Shown here piece by piece: positions 49,501 through 62,569 of a DNA stretch of 64,000 bases. The notes under the pieces are model-generated. The model worked only from the letters and a program-made list of their open reading frames with translations, was not told the DNA's origin and ran no database searches. This DNA is from Chiloscyllium plagiosum (lineage: Eukaryota): positions 2,581,246 through 2,645,245 of the forward strand of contig NC_057755.1 in the NCBI RefSeq assembly GCF_004010195.1, in the 5' to 3' direction. Made by a program: the position numbers and the translations under genes. Position 1 is the first letter of the stretch. Each line of letters opens with the position of its first letter.

Positions 49501-52499
49501 CTAGGGCTGCTCCTTAATCAGGTGATTATGGAGTACTCTACAACACACATCCATCTGATGAAGGAACATCCCTCTGAAAGCTAGTGCTTCCAATAAAACC
49601 TGTTGGAGTATAACGTAGCGTTGTGAGATTTTTAACTTTGATCGATAATTACTAGGGTTGTCTCTCACCCCCTTCTTGAACAAGGGGACATCGTTTGCTA
49701 TCCTCCAGTCTTCTGGCGTTATTCCTGTCGATAATGATGACATTAAGATCAAAGACAAAGGCTTTGCAATCTCCTTAGCTTCCTAGAGAATCATAAGATA
49801 AATCCCATCTGGCCCAGGGGCTTAATCAATTTTCACATGTTCCAGAATTGCTAACACATCCTCCTTGTGAACCTCAATCCTGTCTAGTCTAGAAGTCTGT
49901 ATCTCAGTACTCTTTTCGACAACGTTGTTGTTTTCCTGTATGAATACTGATGAAAAATATTCAGCACTTCTCTTCTCTCCTCAGACTCCACGCACAACTT
50001 CCAACTACTTCACAGGCCCTAATGTTACTCGAGTAATTTTCTTTTTTTTCCGACATACCTCTAGAAAGCTTTAGTGTTCTCCTTGATCATGTCCTCTCCT
50101 TCCTCTTCTTGGCTCTCTCTTTAGTCCTTCCAAGCTAATTTGTAACTCTCAAGAGTCCTAACTGAGCCTTCATGCCTCATCTTTACTTAAGCTGCCTCCT
50201 TTTTTTGACAAGCGATTCAACTACTTTAGTAAATAATGATTCCCTTGCTCGGTCACTTCCTACCTGCCTGACAAGTACATACTTATCAAGAACACGCAGT
50301 AGCTGTTCGTTGAACAAGCTCCAGGTTTCAGTTGTGTCCATCCACTGCAGTTTCCTTCCCCATCCTATGCATCCTAAATGTTGCCTAAGTGCATCATAAT
50401 TGCCTTTGCCTCAGTATAGCTCTTGCCCTGCAGTTTCTCCCTATTCCTTTCCATCACTAAAGTAAATGTAGCCAAATTGTGGTCACTGTCACCAAAGTGA
50501 CCACATACCTCCAAATCTAAAACCTGGCCAAGTTGATTGCACAAACTAAAATCCAATATGGTTTCACCGCTTGTTGGCCTATTTACATGCTGAAAAGGGT
50601 TACACCTGAAACGTCCCATGTTCTAACCCCAACGTTTACACATCAGGCCTTGTTATCACACAGTCGAGTAATACAGAATCCATTGTTAATCACTGACAGT
50701 CCTTATTAAGGGTTATTTACTCTCCTAGCCAGATCTTTATCCACTCTTGTTTTTCTGACCAACTGTTCTTCTCTGCCTTTGAGTTGTATCCCCAACTGTC
50801 ATTTACTGCTTCCCCTCCAACCTTATCTTCTTCATAGAAGCCAATATTTTCTTAGCTACCATCAATTCTGAGGAATAGTTACTTCACCCGAAACCTTAAG
50901 TCTGATGCTGCTGCCAGACCTTCTCACTTTTCCAGCAGTTTTTGATTTACTTTCTGATACACAACATTTGCAGTTTTTTTTCATTGATTAATTTGGAGTT
51001 TTGGCTTTATCTGGCAGTTGCTGTCATGAGTTAAATTGGTTCATTAGCTCAACCTAGGAGGACAGGAGTGCTTGATGCAGGTTCTGGGGTTTAGATGTTT
51101 CACTAAGATCAGGGAAGGTGGTTAAAGAGAGTGAGGGTGTGACATTGTTAGTCAAGGACAGTGTTACGGTGGCAGAAAGTACATTTGCTGAGAACTCATC
51201 TACTGAGGAAGTATGGGTTGAACTTAGAAACAGGAAAGGAGAGGTCACCCTGTTGAGAGTTTTCTATCGGCCTCCGAAAAGTTTCAGAGATGGAGAGGAA
51301 AGGATTGCAAAGGTGATTCTAGAACTATGCGAAAATAACACGGTAGTGTTGTGGGGGATTTTAACTTTCCAAATATTGACTGGATATGCGATTGTTTGAG
51401 CACTTTAGATGGATCAGTTTTTGTCCAATGTGTGAAAGAGACTTTCCTGACACAATATGTAGATAAAGACAAAAAAGCAGCAAATGCAGGAATCCAAAAT
51501 AGACAGGAAGGAGACTGGAGGACACAGCAAGCCAGGCAGCATCAGGTGGTGCAAGCCTGAAACAGATGTGTCGGCCAGGGAACAGATTGGGGCGTTGAAG
51601 TGGCAGGCAAATGGATGCTCAGTATTTTTGATGCGAACAGGACGTAAGAGTTCTGAGAACTGTTCACCCAGTCTATCTTTCATTTCCCCATTGTAGGGGA
51701 GACCACATTTAAAGCAGGAAATGCAATACACTGGGCTGTGTGAAATTTACGCTGAGGGTGATGCAAGTATGGAATGAACTGAAAGAGGAAGCGGTGGAGG
51801 CTGGTACGATTAGAACATTTGAAAGGCATCTGGATCTGTCAATGCATTATTTCGTGCATTTGTTGCTGTCTGCGCCCTGAGTGTTGTCTACTGTTATTGC
51901 AGTGTTACATGCCTTCTACAATACATGGCTCTGCCAGCATTACAGTCGGCTCTTGCATAGTTATTCCCTCATTGGAACAAAACTCTTTCCAGATTAAATT
52001 GACCCCGTCTGAATTACCAATGCACGTTCTTCTAATTTCCTAAACCTCGTTCCAGCTGACAAGGTTGACATTACGTTGGGTCATGGGTTACCTGTTGCCA
52101 CACGAGAAACGGTGCACCTAATCTCAATCAGAAGCATTTATATTTTATTCAGACGGCAGCAGATTTGTAGTTTCCTGATGGTGAAAATGTACTCCGGATG
52201 GTTTCCAGTTTGGAAACCCTGCCCTATTAACTGTCAGTGATTTCGAGTAACAACGATCAATCTGCTGGAATATTTAGCTGATATTACAGTACTTAATGTC
52301 AATACAAGTACCAACAAACGCAACACATGTACTAATCTGACAGTTTATATGCAGAATGCAATTGGCGAATAACAAGTGGTGATGCAATCGTTTGAGTATA
52401 AAAATAGCATCTCAATAGTCAAAATAATTGAGGGAAGATTAGACGGCCTTACAAAGTTAATGTCGACAGTTTTGTTAATACCTTTAGTCTGTGAAAAGC

Positions 52500-55400
52500 A
52501 TGCACGCACCAGCAAATGGCCCATTCTTTGCCATTGCCTATCCAATTCTTGCTGCAATCGGTGCTCCTGGTAAGCAATTGATCCTGATAAGGTTTGTTTT
52601 GAAGTTTACGGATATTTTGTCTCATGCCTTTCAGGAACAGATTCATTCTTTTTTAATATTACCTATTATTTGAATGGAAGGAAACTCAAATAGGTTATAT
52701 ATATCCGTGAAATATATAATTTGTATTATTCTGAAAGATAGTACACTTTGAGTGCAAGGTGTGCACTAACAGATATCACTGCAAATTCATAGAAATACAG
52801 CTAATCATATCACTGAAATATGAGTAATAATTTATGGTGTTGAACACACATTGATCTATTAGAATTTTTTATCAGTCCAATGAAATGTAATCAAATGTGT
52901 TTAGTTTTATGTAGCACAATGATGTATCAGTATCAGTATTGTCATTTTCTTACAACTGCGTTGAAAAATAAATCATTGCTTTGCAATTATCATAGTAGAT
53001 GCATTTTAATATACTATTTATTGATTGAATGAATCAATCTACTGTGCAAACGCTGGAGTTAAACGTTAGTTAGTTCTCACTGGGAAGTAGTGATTGCTAA
53101 TGTGGTCCTGTATTCACTTATACAAATATTTAAGAGGGATTTCAGTTGAAAATTGTCAAGTTTGCATTGTGCTTGTGCTGATATGTTTTTATACATCTGT
53201 GTATTCTTTCGGCAAAGTTATGTTTCCTAATATAGGAGCATTCTGAAACAAGGAATTAAGAGGGCGGAAAGGGGACATGAGATATCTTTTGCAAACAGTG
53301 TTAAAGAATATCCCAAAGCCTTTTATTCATATATAAGGAGCAAGAGGGTAACAAAAGAAAGTGTTGACCCACTCAAGTGCAAAGGAGGATGCAGAGAAAG
53401 TGAGTGAGGTTCTTAATAAGTACTTTGCATTAGTATTCACCGGAGAGTGGGCAATGACGGATGTTGAAGTTAGGGTTAGAAAGTTACTTAGTCTAGGTCA
53501 GGTCGGCATAACAAGGGAGGAAGTGTTGGATATTCTAAAAGGCATTAATGTGGAAAAGTCCCACGCTCGGATGGGATCAATCCCAGGTTACTGAGGGAAG
53601 TGAGAGAGGAAATATCTGGGGCCTTAACAGATATCTTTGCAGATCCTTGAATATGGGTGAGATCCTGGAGGATTGGAGAATTGCTAATGTTGCCCTCTTG
53701 CTTCAGTCAGATGGCAGGGATAATTCAGGTAATTATTGACCACTGAGCATGATGTCAGTGGTAGCGAAGCTGCTGGAGAAGGAACTAAAGGATAGGATCT
53801 ATTCCCATTTGAGAAAAAATGAGCTCTTCTTTGATAGGCAACCTGGTTTTGTGCAGGGAAGTTTACGTCTTATCGACTTAATAGAACTCTTTGAGGAAGT
53901 GACAAATTTGATTAATGAGGGAAGGGTTGCAGATGTCATATACATGGACCTCAGTAATGCATTTGATAAGGTTCCCCATGGTAGGCTGCTGGGCAAAGTG
54001 AAGTCGCATGGGGTCCACAGTGTACTGCTAGATGAATAGAGAATTGGCTGGGCAACAGGAGACAAACAATAATAGTGGAAATGAGTTTCTGAAAATGGGG
54101 AACTCGCAGTGTTCCACAGGGATCCGTGTTTGGACCACTGTTGTTTGTGATATACATAAATGATCTTGAGGAAGGTATAGGTGGTCTGATTAGCAAGTTT
54201 GCAGAAGACACTAAGATTGATGGAATTAGCAGATACTGAAGGGGACTGTCAGAGAATGCAGCAGGATATACCGAAGATAGTCGAGCAGAGACATGGCAGG
54301 TGGAATTCAATCCGGTGATGCATTTTGGAAGATCAATTTCAAGAGCGATATAAACAATATAAGGATAGATCCTGGGGAAAATTGATGTACAGAGACATCT
54401 TCCAGTTCAGGTCCTTTGTTCTCTCAAGGTGACAACGCAAGATGAGAGAATGGCCCAAGAAGGCATACAGCATGCGTTCCTTCATTGGACATGGTATTAA
54501 GTTCAAAAGTTGGTAGGTCATGTTACAGTTGTATAAGACTTTGGTTCAGCCACATTTGGAATACTGCGTACAGTTCTGATCACCACATTACCAAAAGGAT
54601 GTGAATGATTTTGGAGAGGGTCAAAGGAGGTTCACCAAGATGGTGCCTGGTATGGAGGGTGCTGGCTATGAGGAGAGTTTGAGTGGATTAGGACAACTTT
54701 CATTAGGAAGACCAAGGTTGAGGGGGGATCTGATTGAGTTCTACAAAATCATGAGAGGTACAGACAGGGTGAATCGCAAAGTATCTTTTCCCCAGAGTCG
54801 GGGACTCAATTACTAGAGTTCACGAGTTCAAGGTGAGAGGGAAAAGGGTTAAGGAAGATATGTATGGAAAATTCATTACACAGAGGTTGGTTGGTACCTG
54901 GAATGCATTGCCAGCGGAGGTGGTAGAAGCGGGCACAATAGCATTATTTAAGATGTATCTAGGCCGATACATGAATGGGCAGGGAGCTGAGGGATACCGA
55001 CCCTTAGAAAATAGGCAACAGATTTAGATAGAGTATCTGGATTGGCACAGGCTTGGAGGGCTAAAGAGCCTGTTCCTGTGCTATAATTTTCTTTGTTCTT
55101 CGTTATTTGTTCTCAATCATTGCCTGACGTGACATATCCCGTGCAAAGTCAACATGATTTGTTCATCTCGAATTTTCACTTGACAAGGTGGAATTTTGGG
55201 ACTGAGAGTGAGTGTTTAGTGCAAGTGGTTTGTGGTTGGTGTGGATCAAGGTGAATTGCTCAATGACTGTGATTGAAAGTGGCAGTACTGAGTGACAGGC
55301 AAACATGGATAGTGGGAAGTCAGTGGGAAAATGAATTCCTGAGGAAGAAGGAGAAAGATTTCATTGATGTCTCACTTACCTCTTCTCCCGCTACCTTCAC

Positions 55401-56938
55401 ATCTTGCCCCACCAACCACCATAATCATCCGCAACAACTGCTGTGCTCCCTGTGCAGCTGTTCAGGGAAAATCAAGGTCTATCTCTCTGCCTGCACTTGC
55501 CATAACCAGTAATTAAACCCAGGGTTAGCGGCTCAGAGCTGCTGAGTCTGTGACTCCACACTAACTGAGGAGTATCGTTCTTCCCTTGTTCTTAAACCCA
55601 TTGCCCTTTCCTTCTGAATGTGTCTCCTTTCTGGATGGATAGGTCTTGCAGATGGGTTCAATTACGCAATATTGGGGCAAATTTTCCCATCCTGAAAATG
55701 GTTGTTTTTGAAAGAAGCATCTGACTAGTCCGAGACTCCACTTTCTGCCTTGTTGCCCATTACCAACAAACTCCTCTTCTTTAATAATATTTCAGTCTCC
55801 TGTCAACAAGAACACACAAAAAAAGTTAATAGTGGCTATGGCATCTGACACAAACCACACTGCATTTATGGCATAAATCAACAGATCATATGTCAAAAAC
55901 ATCGATGGTGTGGAACAATAATGGTTTCCAAGGAAAAAATCCATACCCTTTTTATTTAGTAGGATGCCCGAGTGGTGTAATTGGCCTCTTTTGTATGTTC
56001 CTATACTGTTTCTCATTTAATTTCTCACAGCGAACTTGGTGGCAATCTTAATCCTTTGCTGGGGACGATGCGGTCTGTCCCGGTGCATCTCACTCTACCT
56101 GGTGACGATCGTAGTGACTGATTTCCTTGTCATTGCCAATGGGTGCATCCTCAATCGGATCGGTCGAATCTACTTTCGCAATAGTGTCCTGTCCACTACT
56201 CCTGGATGCAAGCTCATGACTATGCTGATTTTTGCCACTCGGGATTGCTCGGTCTGGCTGACAGCGGCCTTCACCTTTGACCGTTTTGTGGCCATCTGCT
56301 TACAGAGCCTGAAGACAAGATATTGTACCGAGAAATCTGCATTGCTGGTCATAGAAATGGTGTGTTCCTTGAGTTTCGCAAAAAATGCTCCTTTCTACAT
56401 CATCTTGAAGCCCTTGTACTTTGTGGATGGGGTGCCCTGATTCTGCATTATCAAGTCCTTCTATTACACAGTGTCCACTTGGCAGGCCTTCGATTCGCTG
56501 GATCACATATTAACTCCTTTTCTCCCCTTCCTCCTCATTCTGCTGCTCAATACCTTGACAGTACGAATTATCTTAGTTGCTAGCAGAGCCCACAGGAGAC
56601 TCTGGAGCACAGAGAATCATGGAGACCCAGAGATGGCGAACCGCAGGAGATCCATTGTCCTGCTGTTCGCCATCTCACTCAGCTTCCTCCTCCTATGGGT
56701 CACTCATGTCATACAGTTTCTCTACGTGCGAATTACTGGTGTGGGTTACTTTAACAGCCTGGACTTCAATGATCCACAATACATCCTTCAAGAGACGACC
56801 AATATGCTCCAAATACTCAGTTCCTGTAACAATATTTTCATCTACGTTGTGACCCAGAAAAAATTCCGAGAGGAGTTGAAGCAAGTCCTAATTTATCCCT
56901 TTACCATTTTCATTGCTGTTTTAAACAGGAAACCGTAG
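52500..56938 (+). pseudogene. GPR139-like GPCR duplicate with premature stop (exons 52500-52569 and 56031-56938)
   Basis: About 98% identical to the copy A gene with splice sites intact. TGG (Trp, ECL2) has become TGA at 56438-56440, which splits the ORF into 56036-56440 and 56471-56938. Confidence 0.9.
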
Positions 56939-59900
56939 TAAAGCGCACTCCAGTCACTTTGTTTAAATTTGTGCCATTCGATGTGTCGCGCTCTATTTCT
57001 GTCAAAATAAGCCAAGTTCTCATACTTCAGACATACATTTATCACACTCTTGTAGCAACAGGTCACTGCTCTCAATATTGAAAGAATGTTGAACTAATTG
57101 ATTTGCTGCTTCTTTGTTGACATGCCAAACTATTCTCTTTCATGAAATGTGAAGAGTCCCACAATATCTCCAGTTATCTGGTCCAATGATGAGACTAAAT
57201 TGGGGATTAGATTTCGTGCAGTATGGATACAGGTCCTCCAGCCCAACAAGTCCACAGTGACGCTCCGAACAGTAACCCATCCAGATCCATTCCCCTATCC
57301 TATATTTACCCCTTACTAATGCACCTCACACTGTGGGCAATTTAGGATAGCCAATTCACCTGACCTGCACATTTTTGGATTGTGGGAGGAAGCCAAAGCA
57401 CCTGGAGGAAACCCACACAGACAAGAGGAGAATGTGCAAACTCCACGCACACAGTCCCCTGAGGTGGGAATTGAATCCAGGTCCCTGGCACTGTTAGGCA
57501 GCAGTGCTAACCACTGAGCCACTGTGCAACAGTGTTTGCGCTGCATTGAAAATCACTGAAACAGTATATTCGGCTTATGCATCAAATTATAATTCTGAAT
57601 TTTGTCATAGCATATATTTGCTGCAATATTTCGTGCAGGAATGTTTCTTGGACACACCTGACAAACCTGACTCCATCCAGACCATCTGCACTAAGAAGGT
57701 TCCAATCAATACTGGGAACGTTGAAGTCACCCATAACAATATCTCTGTTACATCTGCACATTTCCAAGATCTGCTGTCCGGTTGTAGCATAAGGTTGTAC
57801 ATTCTGAGATCGTTAAAAACATTCTACAAATGTAGAATGTCTTATTTCTTTCTTTCTTTCTTTCACTCCCTTTTAACCTCTTTCTTATTCTCTTTATTGT
57901 CTTTTTGTTTTCTTGCTTGCTTGCTTTTCTTTCCGGCATTTCAGCCCAAAGCGGGCCTGCATAAACGAAGAACAGGTACATACCAACTCTGCTTTCACAT
58001 TGCAGAACGTGATTTGAAGTCTTTCAGGTTACGATTGAGGTTCCACGTGTCCAACATAAAGTGAATTCCAATAACCCAGTTTTACCAATCATCTTTAAAC
58101 TGTGTCATATTGTAAATTACTTCTCTGCTCAGGAAAATGGACCCTTGCAGTTTATTTTATCTGGGTTCCTCATAATTGGTTGACACTCAATTAAGTTAAC
58201 CCTCATTCTCCTCTGCTCTCTGGGAAATAGTCCTACTTTCTCCAATCAATCCTTGTAACTGCATTCTTCATTTTGCAATCTTTCTGCTCCCTCTATAGCT
58301 GTTATGTCTTTCTTGTAATGCAGTGATTAGAATTGCACACAAAATATCAGTTATGGAATCACGTAATTTTAATTTACAGTTCTATTAATACAAGCTCAGT
58401 AATGGCAGGTGGATGGGAACCAAAGCGATAGATCAGAGGTGAGGGTAGCTGTTGAATGGGCAAAATCGAATGCAGAGAATCTGTCGAGAAGGATACACAT
58501 TTGATAGGGCAATGGGATGTGTTAAAGTTCAATGTAAGCCGTGTCAGGCATAAGAGGGATGAACTTAGAGCATAGATCGAAGACTTGGAACTTGGAACTA
58601 CCTTGTTGTGACAGAACAAATACATGGATTTCACAGGGACAAGAATAGTTGCTGAACGTTCCAGGGTTTAGACTTTTAAAATAGAACAGGGAAGAAGGTA
58701 AAAGAGGAGGAGGAGTACCGTTGTTAATTACAGAGTGCAACACAGCTGCTGAAAAGGAGGCTGTTGATTTTTCATTATCAGGGGAATTGAGCTTAAGTGC
58801 TGCGAGGTTATGCAACAGCTCTATAAAATCCTGTTGGACGACACTTGGACTCTTGTGTCCAGTTCTGATCGCCTCATTTGGGGAAGGATGTCAATGCGTT
58901 AGAGAGGGTGCAGAGATTTACCAGGATGCTGCCTGGACCATAGTTCATGTTCGATTAAAGAAAGGTTCAGGGAGCTACATCTTTTCTTGTTGAAGCGAAG
59001 AATGGTGAGAGGCAACTTGGTGGAAGTGTACAAGATGATGAGAGGCATAGATAGTGAATAGTCAGAGACTTTTTTCCAAGGGCAGAAATGGCTATCACGA
59101 GATGCGTAATTTTTCATGATTAGAGAAATATTTAGGGGAGATGTTAGAGCTTGTTTTTTCTTTTAAACACAGAGTGGTGCGTGCGTGGAATGCACTGCCA
59201 CCGTTGGTGGTACAGTCAGATGCATTAGGGACATTTAAGCGACGCTTTGATATGCACATGAATGATATTAAAATGATGGGTATGTAGGTTGGATTGATCT
59301 TGGAGTAGGACAAAAGATTGGTACAATATCGAGGGCAGAATGGTTTGTATTTGCTGTACTGTTCTGTGTTTTATGTTGTATGTTCTAAGGTTGAAGATCT
59401 TAGTTCGTCTACCCTTTTCATTATCTCAATCGAAGTGAGGTTCTGAATTCAGTTGACCCTCCCCAAATGCCGAACGCACACTTGTCTGAATTCAGAACCA
59501 TTTGCGATCACCAACTCCACTGAACAACTGACAACATTCTACGTTTGATAGCCATCTCCTTTACTCTGAACTACAACAGTTATACTTCCATCGTCTGCAA
59601 ACCACCCTTCATCATTTACACCCAAAACATTCATATAATACAAATAATGCAAAGGTATCCGAAATTGAGCCCTGTGGAATATCATTGCAAACAACTTTCC
59701 ATTCACGCAAATTTCTATCAATTATTACCTCGAATTTCCTTTCACTGAACAAATTTTAGATTGAACTGGCAACATTCTCCTGTGTTCCTTAAAAGTTTGT
59801 TTCTCGGACTAGTCTGTCAAATGGGATCTTGTCAACTGTCCGACTAAACTCCATGTTGAAAACATTCACTGCATTACCATCATAAATCCTCCATGTTATG

Positions 59901-61544
59901 TCCATTAACAAGGCATTTAGTATGACTCAACCTTCCTTGAACTGATGTATTTATTTGCAGGTGTATTTTGTTGCAAAATACAGGTTGCGTACATCATCCA
60001 GTTCTTTGTGAAAACAGAGTCACAGAGACAAACACTCGTTGAGAATCTCCATCTTCTACATCTAAGTGTGCGATGCCCTTTACATCTTAGATCAGCCCTA
60101 TCGCTTCTAATTATCCTGCTGCTGTTTGTTAATGTATTCGTTGAAATACTGATAACATATCTTTGGTTTTTCCTGCCAATTCATTGTTCTATCACTTTGT
60201 TGATTTCCTAGTTCACTTCTTTACTTCAATCCTGTACGTTCAACACTCAGCTAAGCTTATATCCGTGTCCCTTTCCATAATGATGACAAATCCAGTTGCA
60301 ATCTGATTGCCATCTGGTTAAGTCACTCACTGCTATTTCATTCAATCTTCCAGCTTCTTTTCCTAAAATAATTCATAGTCCAGAACTGTGTTACTCTCGT
60401 TTGTCTTATTATTTACATTATGAAAAGAAAACATTATTCTCTTGAATGTTCTTGCAAACATTTGGTGACCTTTGAGTTTTCCACATTCTTTGTAATTCAA
60501 TTAATATTATCTTAGTTGAAGTAAACAACTGTTACTACCTTATTGTTTTTTTCTCTCTATGTAAAGTGACTTTGACTTTGAAATGTGGCTGTAGTTTTGA
60601 GTTGATACAGGGAACAGGTGATAAAAGCAAAAGGATCATACAAGAAACAACATGGCAACGCGTGACGAGGATCAGAATGATTGGTTTTGCTTTCCGTTAT
60701 TTGTCTCTATAACATGTCTTCTCCAAGACCATCGACAACCTTATCGTCTCTGGAGATCTTCCAGCTGTAACCTCCAACATTAGTTCCATTAACACCCCAC
60801 CACCCATTTCTATCTCTGCCCCAAAATTAATAAATCTTGGCCGATCTGAGCAGTATCTGTAGTCCTTAGTATCTCCAACTCGCCAACAAGTTGGATGACA
60901 TTCGATACTTCACTTTCATGCACGTGGCAAAGTGAACAATTTAATAGCTAATCTCTCCTTCAAAGAGGAACACGATGGTGTTGTTTGCACAAAGGTTAAT
61001 TCTCATTCACTCTTCTCCTGGAGATTTGCTGAAGTGTCTGTTTCTCCTTCCCATACCCAGCAACCCATCAGATTTCACCTCTGCAGCCTCAGGCCCTCAA
61101 ATAAACACTGGGTGCTGGAGAAACTCAGCAGGTCTGGAAGCATCTGCAGAGAGCGCGAGCAGAGTTCAAATCCAGGTATGAGAGTGCTTCAGAGTAAATC
61201 CCAATCTTGTGGCACTGCAACATTGGCAATTGTTAGTGCCAACATCTCAATCAAAGTCTCAATCAATCATTGTCCTGCTTTTTGAATCACAGAGGTCTAC
61301 ACTGCAGAAAAAAGGCCCTTCAGCCCATTGATTCTGTGCCAGTCAAAAACACCCATCAAACCATGGTAACCTCATTTCTCAGGGTCTGACCAATAACCTT
61401 GTACGCCTGGGCATTGCAAGTGCACATCTGAATAGTTCTTCAACGTTTTGTGTGTTTCTGCCTGTAACACCCTTATGGCAGAAAATTCCAGTTCCTCACC
61501 AACCTCTGGGTGAAAATCTTTTTCCTTCATTCCTGAAACCTTTG

Positions 61545-62135
61545 AGGACAGGAGTTAGGAAGTCATGTTGATGTTCTATATGATGCGGGTGGGGCCTGTT
61601 CCGGAATACTGTGTCCAGTTCTGATCTCCCTGTTATAGGAAGATATTGTTAAACTGGAAAGGGTTCTGAAAAGTTTTACGAGGATGTCGCTGGGAGTAGA
61701 CGGTTTAAGTTATATGGAATGGCTGAATAAATTGGACCTTGTTTTCGCTGGAGCGATGGAGGTTTAGAGGGGACCTTATAGAGTTTTATAAAATCATAAG
61801 AGGCATTGGTAAGGTGAATGTCAGATATCTTCTCCATCGGGTGATGGATTTCAAGACGAGGGGCATATTTTAAAGTGAGAGGAGAAAGATGTAAAAGAGA
61901 CATGAGGGACAGTTGTTTTGCACAGAGAATTGTTCATGAGTGGAATGAACCTCCAGAGGAGTTAATGGATGTGGGTACAGTTCCCATGTTTAAAACATAT
62001 TTGGATAAATGGGAAAAGGTTTGGAGGGATATGGACGTGGAGCAGGCGGTGGAACGAGTTTCGTTTGGGATTATGGCTAGCATGGACTCATTGGGTCAAA
62101 GGCTCTGTTTCCATCCTGGATGACTTTATGACTCA
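61545..62135 (+). mobile_element. CR1 LINE 3' fragment
   Basis: EYCVQF.SP, FRGDLI, FAQRIV.EWNE motifs. Confidence 0.85.
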
Positions 62136-62220
62136 CATTCCCTTTAAACCTCCTAATCCCTTTCCTTCAATATCTGCACCTCCTTCCAGTCATTAACGGA
62201 TCCTTCCATCAAGGGGAAAA

Positions 62221-62503
62221 TTTAGATTAGATTCCCTACAGTGTGGAAACAGGCCCTTCAGCCCAAACCGACCCTCCAAAGAGTAACCCACCCAGACCAT
62301 TTCCCTCTGACTAATGCACCTAACACTATGGGCAATTTAGCATGCCCAATTCACCGGACCTGCACATGTTTTGGACTGTGGGAGGAAACCCACACAGACA
62401 CAGGGAGAATGCGCAAACTCCACACAGGCAGTCACCGGAAGCTGGAATTAAACCTGAGACCCTGGTGATGTGAGGCAGCAGTGCTAACCATTGAGCCACC
62501 GCG
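62221..62503 (-). mobile_element. HE1/V-SINE
   Basis: ttagattagatt tail, V-domain and tRNA head in reverse complement. Confidence 0.88.
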
Positions 62504-62569
62504 TGACCTTTTCCTTCCTGTCTACCTGAATAATGCCTCTCATTATTTTGTATATCTCAGCATTGTCAT

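Larger units (their letters stand above)
36233..61035 (+). repeat. Segmental duplication copy B
   Basis: Colinear with 1-25750 apart from several indels and a ~940-bp inversion. By eye about 18 mismatches in the first 240 bp and about 20 in the 908-bp GPCR exon. Confidence 0.97.
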
